Shown here: positions 54,357 through 64,000 of the stretch, piece after piece
Numbering within the stretch: position 1 is the first letter of the stretch
How the letters are laid out: each line of letters starts with the position of its first letter
Source: Psilocybe cubensis
Lineage: Eukaryota
DNA: 64,000 nt
NCBI GenBank assembly: GCA_017499595.2
Contig: CM039005.1
Coordinates: forward strand, 1,674,001 to 1,738,000
Reading direction: 5' to 3'
Program-made: the position numbers and the translations under genes
Notes under the pieces: model-generated
The model's input: the letters and a program-made list of their open reading frames with translations, nothing else
What the model was told of the DNA's origin: nothing
Database searches by the model: none

Positions 54357-57226
54357 CTATTCTTCATCGCCGCTTCCTTCGTCTGAGCTTGCAACGTCCT
54401 GGTCCTGGTCCTGGTCCTCTTCCTCCGATTCATCCTCTTCGCTCGCTTTGGTGGCGGAGGCAGCAGTGAACCCAGACAACAGCGAAGACGAGCCACCACC
54501 CGCCGCATTTTTTGCTTGGGCTTGCTTCCACGCATGAGCCATCTGCATGAATTTGAATGACGTTGGATTCGACTCGCGTTCGTCGTCCGCAAACACCAAA
54601 TCCCAGTCTAAGCACATCATAAATAGCCAAGCATAAGCTTATCGCCATCAGCCAAGAAAAAAAATAAGCATAACTGACCTTCGACAGTCTGTCCTGTTTC
54701 TTGATCGACGTGACGTTTCTTGGTGACGATAGGCATCATGTCTTGCACCTTCTTGACATCCTCGGGGCCACCATGGTTCTGCTCAAACGTCTTCCATACC
54801 TCTAGAAGGGCCACACGCTACAATAGCTGCGTATCAGCGAAACAGAGGAAATTGTCACCAGAGACCACCAGAGATACCACATACCTCGCTCTTTAACTGC
54901 TTGCTCTTCAAGTCTTTATAGCCGCGTTCGAAGACTTGTCTAGCCAGATCAACGTCACCGGGAACCATCTTTCTCTCCTCTTCCTCCTCTTCCTCCTCCT
55001 CTTCTTCTCTCTCCGCCCTAGGAAGCGGTATGGGCTCAGCCTCAAAGAGCGCATATGAAATCCAGACTTTAACGTGTCCACTGAGAGAAATCAACCTCTC
55101 GTACAATGCCCTCGCCGTCTGTCTCTCGCCTTCCTCGACCTCGAAATCGATGTATGCCTTCCATAAAAGTTCGGGCATTGATAACGGTGATTGTGAGACG
55201 GCAAGCTCGAATATGGCACGAGTTCGAGCGAAATCCTGGAGTTGTGCTTCGAGTTCGGCGAATTTGATCCAAGCGCTCGAGTTCGAGGGATCCCACTTGT
55301 AAAGAGAGGTGTTCAGAAAAATGACCTAGTGTGACTAAAAAGCAGTGAAATTTACCTCTAGATATTTCTCATACAATGTCCGTGCACGATCGAATTCACG
55401 AAGCTAAGCAGAGGTTAGAATAGGTATATTATCACCATAAAGCACCATACCTCAACTTCCAAGTCAATATAGCCTTTAAAAAGCGCCTCTTTCGGGCACA
55501 TTCCGATGGCCGTACCTAGGATCTTGCGAGCCGCGGGAAGTTCCAATCGTCTAATTTCAAACTTGGCAAACATGAGCCACAGTTTGGCGAATGTGAACTG
55601 CTTATGGGGAACAAGCTGGATGGCTGTTTGGTATATTTGTCGCGTCCGTGGGTAATCCTGTGGTAAAGATGTGAAACCAATTATTTGTAAAATAGATAAT
55701 TAATACGAGCCTTCGTCTCAATCTCCTCAAACAAAGCATAGTCCAGCCAGAGAAATATATATCGCCTCCAATGTCTTTTCTCTCCTCCTGGTGGCACCTG
55801 GGCAACAGCCCTTTCGTAGACTTCCCGGACACGTCCGATGGCTGCATCCAGCTCTTCCTGAGTGCTGCCCTCGTCTTTGAGATCTCGATAGGCACCCTCT
55901 TCTAATCGGGCATAGTCAAACCAGACATCATAATTCTTTCCGTCATGCGAAATCTCCTCTTCGTATTGTATCCGTCTTTTTCCAAGAACAGTGTTTTCGA
56001 GAGTGTTCCGTGTTCCGTGCTGCTTTTCAAATTTGGTATAGGCAGCGTAGAGAGCAGCGGATTTAGATCTTGGGATCCTGGAAAGGGCGAACTAAGTCAA
56101 GGGACTCAAGTAAGTGGGAGTGACAAAAGAAAATAGAAATAAAACGGTTACCTTGTAGATGACCCTAGCACGTTCAAACTCTTTCAGCCGTGTCTCCATC
56201 TTTGCAAACGCGTTGAAGACCGCTTGAGCCTTCTCCACCTGTTCTTCGTCATCACCATAGAATTCCAGCGCAGTCTGAAAGACTTCCCTCGCTTTGTCGA
56301 AGCGATTCCTTTCTTCTTCGAACTTCCCCCACTTTACCCACACCCTGGGCTCTGGTCTCACAGCAACCCATCGCTCGTAAATCGAACTTGCCCTGTCAAG
56401 CTCCTGGTACCGTTCCTCCAACTTGATATATGCCTGCCACGCCTTGTCATCTGGTTCCCACTGCATCCACCTCTCGAACACCTGACGGGCCCCAGGGACA
56501 TTTTGCAGAAGTTCCTCCAGGTAGACATATTTGTACCAGAGTTGGTCGACGCGCGGAAGGAGGGTGACGGCACGGTCGAAGAGATTGCGGGCATGTTGGA
56601 CATTGCGAGATTTCAGCTCCATTTCGGTGTAGGATAGCCAGAGTTGGACGCTGCGTGGGTCGACATCAAGAGCACGCTCGAAAATAGACCGCGAACGCGC
56701 AAATTCATTTTGAGAAGCCTAGGATTGCAGAGATTAGAAAAGTTTTAAGGATAGCCATATCAGACAGAAACATACCTCCCAGTTCGCGTACTGTAACCAT
56801 TCTTTGCTGAGCACCAGACATGTCAATATGCATGGTCATCTATATGTCGTTGCCACTCACATGCTCCCTCGTGTTCTTCGAATCCTCTCCTCAAATTCCT
56901 TTCTTTTCCGGCCGCGGTATTCATGGAGCTCTTCGAAATCTTCGACTCGTTGTTTAGGTGCGCGGAACGCGGTTTCTTGCCGCTCTTGAGCCTGTCAGAG
57001 AGATTAATCATCGAAATCGGGGCCAGATATTATGATGAATACCTCTCTGAGGAGCTGCTCAGCTGTGATCTGAAATAGCAAGATTGCATGAGCACGGTGT
57101 CATAAAGTTCATAAAGAGAACATTGACCTGGATCGCAGCTGGCGCCCGATTTTTGATTCTGCAAAAATTAGAAATGTTACTCGGAGATAAGAAAGGCCCT
57201 TACCTTGGTGCACGACCGTCCTGCAT
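54357..57226 (-). CDS. CLF1: Pre-mRNA splicing factor CLF1 / crooked neck (HAT repeats), multi-exon
   Basis: [73 protein letters not shown]. Confidence 0.97.
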
Positions 57227-57659
57227 GGCTGCAATGCAGATTATGGGATATGCAAGGGTTTCGACAGCCCAAGCTGTTGTAATTGGTGAACCAGTGCCAG
57301 GTTTCCTTGATTGTAGCGCGTCGGCTATTGCCGAACAATTGCTTAGTCATTTTGCTTTTGGACTTGGTTAGGTCCGCCATCCTTCGACAGACGCCAATGA
57401 CATGCACAGCTGCCTTGCCCACTCCATGGAGAGATGAGGCGATTCATATCACACAGCCTTGATATGCTTGAAGGTAAATGGATAAAAACATACTCGTCTT
57501 GCCCTCTGGCCCTCTATCTTGCCCCGCTCCCAACATACTAGTAAGGGCCCCAGTTCACAAACTTTTGAAAAAGAAATGCCAAACCAAGCCTTTTCGTTGG
57601 AGAGATGGAGCCTAAACTGGGTATGTCTGTGCTTCTCTGGGCACAATTCTGAAGTCTAA

Positions 57660-60600
57660 ATGTCTAAAATGAAGAATCCCTTACGGAGATTACGTCGACG
57701 CAAAGTAGCGCTTCTCATCGAGTCGAATCCTTCTGGTTTATCAGGCAGGACTTATCATTCATACACTGAGCGCCTAATTGCGCTACTTGAACGTAATGAG
57801 CTTTTATCTACTCACCCTTCCTTTTTCTGTGGGATTCTGATGGCAGAATTCAGGCGAATATGGCTACAAGGAGATTATTCTACTTTCTGATTCGGACGGA
57901 ACGCACCATGATCGCACTCCGACTTATGCAAACATAGTAAGCAAACTTTTATTTTGAAGTGTTGGTAGGGGCTTATTATTTGTGACCGTAGATGAGGGAG
58001 TTAACTAAGTTCGTAACGCCTAGTCGGCCCTCGGATTACTTTTTTGCATGTGAGCATTTTCTCCAGGACGACAAACTCGTACTGATGGTAGCACACTTTG
58101 TTAGATCTTGGTCATTCTTCAGAGACTTGTTTAGACTCGGTGCAGGACGGGCATGATGAATGTAATAATTGTCATGCATAAATGCCACAGGTAGTTTGAC
58201 CTTTGTGTATACCTCTCAGATATCATTCCTTGCGATGCCGTTGACAATACGACCAGCGTTGTGGACGAAACAAAGATTATCACCGACGATGTTCGTGTCA
58301 GGCCCACCTTTAAAATGAAGCAAACTGATTATATGATTTTTCTGGCAGACTCTGCGACAACTTCTAACCGAGGCCCTTCCCCGGGGATCCAATCTCGTGG
58401 TAAGATACCAGAAATCTTTTTCAAACTTATTATAAACCTTTTGATATCAGGCTCTATTTGATACATGCCATTCAGGAACTTTGCTGGGTTAGTTAATGGC
58501 TCCAAAAGGTGAATAAAACTGACCATTATACCATAGACCTCAAACATCAACCTTGTAATCCCCAGAAACACAAGCTTGCTTTCGGTAAGTTGTGCGAAAG
58601 ACCGGTTCGAATAAATGCCAAGGATTTCTTTCCTATCCACCTTAATGAACTAAAGATCTAATACTTTTCTATCTCAATAATAGGTGAACCGTTCTTCCGT
58701 CGCATTACCGATAGTATTACACCCAAATGGCGAGCTACAATTAAAAGATCGAGTCAGGGGGCTATCGGGTTTGGTCGAGATATTACATCACTCCGCAGTG
58801 TAGCTATCTTCCACGGTTTTGGTTACGTTCGTTCTGCATTTTGACACGAATATAGGACTATAAACCTCATCCAATAGAGCGTACACAACGCAGCCCGCAC
58901 TTATGCGCAGGTCACTCTACAAAGTTTGTCTTTTAAGTATATTTAACCTCTGTCTAGTTGATGATGGTCTTTGCAGGGTTTCCCATTTCTCCCATGCTCG
59001 TGATTTTACAGTGTCCGGCGGGCAATTTTACTCCGCTAACACTATAACTGTCAATCAGACTCCTCAGAAAGGCAAGTCATTGCATCTGAGGAGAATATAT
59101 TCATACATAATAACAAAGGTTTAGAAAAGTCAGAATCTGTGATAGAGAAGAGTTTGATACCGGAAATACCCACAGTAAGCAAGCACCTAAAAGACTGGTA
59201 CCGCACCATAATCTGATTACCTCTCTAGATATCTCCTCGGGATGTTGAATTACACAAAGAAATATACAAAGGACATGACTATCGCATACATTCCGCCCAG
59301 TTATCTGGCAGAGCAATTATCGTTAAAATTTATGAAGGAGAACACGCTACAGAGGTACGCACATCCACCTATGACCATTGAACCTTTCTGTATATATCTA
59401 GTGTCACTTTTTATCAACTAGCTTTCGACCCAAACATGCAAATTTAGTATGAATATAATGTGAGAACAGAGACACCTCTGAGTTGAAAAAATCGGTACGA
59501 ATAATTACCTTCTGGATCCAGGCACCCCGCGTTTCCTCAAATATTTGGTGCGACATCCGGAAGTATGAGTCCCGCTTTTATTGCATTTTGTGGAGGTCAG
59601 TCCATGTTGGTTAAACTTGGAAATATTCAACCGATTCTTATATTTCGATACAGAATATCAAGGCACTGTTGAATCGATTGCTTTTCGATTGTTGTCCAGT
59701 AGTCTTGAGCAATCGTTGGTGCTAGGTCTGCAGTCGGTAAGATCATGTTACCACCTATCATAATTGTAACTGTATTCATTTCGAAGTCCAGGTTGTCTCA
59801 CTCGCTGTATGTTCTGCATGCTCTACATCTCCTTTGACAACCCTGATGCGTAGTGGAACTACAGTCAGGCCTAGATTATTTGTGTAATCTGGACTATCCT
59901 CTTCAAGATACCGATGTAAGTCTATAATGATTGCTGTAGATGGCCTGGTAATACTACTTACCGAATCCCGATGCCCAGAGCTTTATCCTACTCCTTGATA
60001 CTCAAGGCACTGCCAAAATCTGGTTTGATCCAAGCGTTCCCCATAAGTTTGAACAATGCACGGCTTCGGACAGCAAAAGTCGAAAAGATTCTTTGTCATT
60101 AGTTTTTGATCGTCTTCTTCAGAAGGTAGACCAATTATCACAGTGGTGGTCAGCATTCTCACTTCTGACGTTGTTTAGACTTTATACGGACCTTGCAAGT
60201 TTTACCGCCAAAGCAGTAGGTAACCTTCTCCATTGTTTAGAATACAAAATAAAGCTGGACACCTAGATCCCTGCCAAAAGTTTTCATGTGGCTCTACTTG
60301 GGCAGAAATTTCATATAAAAAGAACCCGCCTTTAGACGTAGTAACCCGCTACTCTCAGGCATTTTTAATCGACTTTTTGTTTGATTCCTCGCTCGATCGA
60401 TCGTGCATCGGACACGGTACTCATGGATTAATCTACAATGCTACTGCTACCCATCCAAAGCAGACATTGATGGACGCCTCTGCAGTCCTGAATTCAGGTG
60501 GGCAAGATCAAATTCCTCATAGTTTTCTTCCTGAGATAACATACGCCAGTGAATAACAAACCCAAGGATAATATAGTACCCAACAGTATTTCAAGCATGC

Positions 60601-61011
60601 CTCGAGCCGGCCCTATCAGATCTCCTAGCGGTAAGCCCCTGTACTTTCCCAGTGCCTCGTGCAATTACAATCATGCTACACAACGGATCCAGGTACTGAG
60701 GTTTTTTTATTGAGTACATGTATACAAGGCCACACAATGCTTCAAGTGAGTCTCGTTACAGAGCTCCCAATCTGTCTATACACTTGGTTTATTACTGATC
60801 TTCTTTGTTTATGAAGGTTATTGCGATGCTTCTCACCGCCGACAACACGCCGACGTACAGAGAGCTGCTAATGAGTGCCATGTGAGTGGTTAGTGTCTGG
60901 ATACTAATATGGTGATTGACACTCTCATGTCATGATTACAGCGACGCAATATGCACAGCGGGTTTTACTTCCACTCATCGTCTCACTTCATCGGACAACC
61001 CAAAAGGGTAA
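57660..61011 (+). CDS. Metacaspase no. 3 with inserted amyloid-signalling-like motif and pseudokinase domain (~20 small exons)
   Basis: KVALLIE; PTYANI|MREL...YFFAYLGHS (His at 58113); DEYIIPCD; ALFDTCHSGTLL (Cys at 58466); VSHFSHARDFTVSGGQF; IIVKIYEG...HPAFPQIFG...GLDYL; p10-like VIAMLLTADNTPTYRELL and LTSSDNP near 60818-61011. Splicing at 60550-60750 is unresolved. Confidence 0.7.
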
Positions 61012-61349
61012 TAATTACTATATTTAGATACTTTTAAACGCCCAATCAATTCTGTTGGTCTTATCTGGACGGAATGCTAACTTGAGATAACTGCTACCTT
61101 GCTCTTTATAACAGTAATCATGCTCTTTATTGCATACCCGACCAATGCAAGTTGTCCAAGATTGAATGCCCTGTGAATTGCCGATCAGCAACCCTACCAA
61201 TTTCCACATGACATCACTGTTGAACGTGACCTTACCCATTGAGACATTGATATAAGGCAACCGTGACGGCGAAGGAATAAATCACGTCTGGGTTGACGGT
61301 GACCACAATACACACTTGAAAACCTCATCTCTTCTTAACCTTTTCGCCG

Positions 61350-62158
61350 ATGCCTCAAGTCTCGTTAACAGAGCCGGCTCGTGCTCTCAAACAGTGCCAG
61401 AATTGTCTTAGACCAGAAACGGAGGTAAAACTTTGGGTTTGCAAACGGAGCCAACGGGCCCATTATTGTGTAAGCAATGTTGTGGTTGTGTGGTTGGTGC
61501 TGAAATTGATCGTAATGAAAGTCAGTTGAATGTCAACGAGTACACTGGCCAACTCACAAAGTTATATGCCGGCACAATGCAGAGACCCGCGAGAGAATGA
61601 GAGAAGGACCTATCATCAAGGAACTGGGTATTTCACCAAATACCATGAACCGTGTCTTGACCAAGTGGATTCAGGTAGGTTATGGAGGCCTATATCTTTC
61701 TGTGATAACCCACAACAATCATTATCTAGATTTTTCGTCCATTGCTTAGTCTTGCCGTATATCATGCATTGAGGCTGGGACAAAAGCCTGACAATTGCTT
61801 TGCTCAAACCTTACAACTGGTCATTTCTCCGACATTCACTTCGAGCAATGTGCCTCGCAGTACTAGAGATATTGAACACGCATTCAGGTTGGATCAAGCC
61901 TTGGTTATCGATGTTGAAACCATCAAGTCCTCATTCGCCCCTGCTCAACAAGCATTCGATAAAGCTTACGAACAAACTCACGAGGAACGCGCGAGAAATC
62001 CAAACGCCATTGGTTTTCCTGTTATCACGATTCTAGTGCCTACGGAGTCCACGATGAGGCAAGTCCCGGTAGGCCTGGAAAAATTGGAGATACCTTGGGA
62101 TGCCTTATGGGAAGAGAGCCTCAGACGGCACATTAACTCTGGGAATCCTAGATTATGA
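61350..62158 (+). CDS. zf-MYND domain protein (3 exons)
   Basis: MPQVSLTEPARALKQCQNC...LWVCKRSQRAHYC|SVECQRVHWPTHKVIC, followed by a helical region and ORF 61742-62158. Confidence 0.85.
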
Positions 62159-62618
62159 AAGATTGATAGGTAATTTCAAAGTAAAGCCCAACAACGCGAT
62201 TTCCTGTATATGTACTTGATCAAACTTGAACTTGTATTTCCGATCCGCCATGTAATGAGTAGAAGAGGAGTTTGTTGATATTATCAAGTTATGTTTATCC
62301 AACTGCACCGTGTTGCGGACGGCTTTGTGCCAAAGCATCCAGTTACAAAATAACTTCAGGTTGTTAACTCTCTATCGCTATGTTAAGTTTGAGTTCGGGA
62401 AGGGAAAGGAGAACCTGCCAATCCCGTATCTTTCAATCCGTGCGGTATCTACACCCAAAGGGATATGTTCGTGCAACCAAAATCAGCTGCCATAAAATAA
62501 CTTGATCCTCAGGCCACAAACCCACATTCCGGAGTTTAGGACAAGTTCCCCTTTACATTTCTTTGGCATGATGGTATTATCTGAGCACAGTTTTATCAAT
62601 ACACTAGTTTACAAATCT

Positions 62619-63789
62619 TCAACTTGAATCGAGCCAACTTTCAAATTTAACCGTTTTGAATATAGTTGTTTGTTCCTTTTCCTCTTTTGGAGAATGTGTA
62701 TGAGAGGTGGGTGAACCGTGTGAATTGGACTTCGTATAAATGAGCATGTGGTGACCACCTTGTGGCATACTGGCCATTAAACGGTAGCGTTCATTCAGTG
62801 CACAAATCAATCTATATATCCAGGATTTTAGCCTTCTTTGACCGGCGTCAAAATTGGCAAAGAAGCAAAAGAACTGGTTAGTGTGTCGGTCAAGACAACT
62901 ATGGCATCAATTTTGATACATTTTTGGTGCTCACTTTTGTCTTCAAGATGTGGATGAAAATAAGGCTTAAATAGTTGGACTGAATAGCTAGGCTTACTTT
63001 CTGTCGGAGCCAGAACGTGGAATTCCTTAATTACTACGGCGTTGCCCCTTGTGGTCAGGACAGCATAAGTGTCCTTGATGGGCAGTTGGAGCAAATGAAG
63101 ATGACGGATGTGAGTCTGACCCTCGATTCCAGCTCTAAGGTTTCGGAGAGATGCACTGGTATGTCTGCACATGAGTAACGACCAATCCTAATTGTGAAGT
63201 AAAGTTGCGTGATCCCACATAAGTACATTACCGAAGCTCATGGGTGTACATACAGGTTGAGTCGGTTTGAAGGCAGGATTTTAGCGAGCGATTAGAACCA
63301 GAGATACAAGTTCCATCGTTCCTACTATCGTTTTGTGTGAGCATGTCGGGGAAAGCGCCTAGAGGTTTGTAATTCAGAAACTAACAAGGCCGAGGTAAGT
63401 TTATTAATTTTTAGAACCGGAGTACAAAAATTTCAAAGGGAAGTGAAGAGGCTGACATGTCTGCTTTTCCTGTGACCGGATAAAGTTCGGGGAGCAACTA
63501 CCGTACCCCTTCTGGAGCAATGTATGCAGCGTTTTAAGCGATTTAAAGCGTGGACAATAGGCTCGGTAATTGTCGTTAATCTTTTCTTGATTACTTGGAG
63601 CGGTGTCGAACTGTGCGGAAATATTCGGTCTGCAGCGTTAGTAACACCAGTGAGTACCTTGGAAAAATCCAGTAGCAACAGTGGGACTCCAAGAGGTCCT
63701 TCTGTTGCGGTGAAGATATTATTTTGGATGCGCCTTTTTGTTTTAGTCAGAAGATTCTGACCACTCAATAGAAGGATGCATCCTGTCAA
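62619..63789 (-). CDS. Possible 3' part of a multi-exon gene with a kinase-N-lobe-like segment; start probably beyond the window
   Basis: Minus-strand ORFs 63433-63789, 62828-63172 (TRGNAVVIKEF...YFHPHL) and 62619-62810 with splice-like boundaries. Confidence 0.3.
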
Positions 63790-64000
63790 ATTTTAGTGAG
63801 GAATAGGGACCGCAGAGCCGCGATGAAAATAGTACGTGGAGAAAATGATGCATCACGGAGCGGAGGATCGCTTTAGAGCTTGTTTTACAGATTGGGCCCC
63901 CTAGGACTTGGGATGAAAAGGTCAGTTCTCTAATGTCTGGATAAAGTTACCCACACGACCTTTGTGATGTGCGTTGACAATATCCTCCATGAAAGAGAAA

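Noticed and set aside
54380-55012. (TCC)n and (TCCTGG)n repeats
   Set aside because: They encode acidic poly-Glu and Asp-Gln tracts of CLF1; ordinary low complexity.
1-64000. CRISPR arrays, rRNA, tRNA, transposases or retroelements
   Set aside because: None seen: no repeat-spacer pattern and no RT, integrase or DDE motifs in the ORFs. tRNAscan and RepeatMasker were not run.

Overview
Intron-rich eukaryotic DNA from a mushroom-forming basidiomycete (Agaricomycetes; inferred from short ~50-nt GT/GC-AG introns and the gene families present). Many ORF-track entries are exons that I joined by hand. About 24 genes are supportable. Housekeeping genes: SEC62, proline iminopeptidase, HECT_2/UBE3D-like, RMD1-like DUF155, CLF1/crooked neck. 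Lineage-expanded families: 2 F-box paralogs, 2-3 RTA1-like, BTB, DUF6533, zf-MYND. The right half looks like an attack/defence island. (i) An almost intron-free secreted GMC oxidoreductase lies downstream of a killer-toxin-like subgroup C GH18 chitinase (2x CBM18 - GH18 - Cys-rich repeats - Kex2-type sites - unknown His-rich C-terminal domain), which is head-to-head with a 5xLysM secreted protein. (ii) Three metacaspases follow, all with the His/Cys dyad. The third (57660-~61011, missed by the ORF track) appears to carry a basidiomycete amyloid-signalling-like motif plus a pseudokinase inserted between its p20 and p10 parts. This is the best candidate for an undescribed cell-death signalling architecture. 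No rRNA, tRNA, CRISPR or clear transposon was seen. Exon boundaries are manual predictions.
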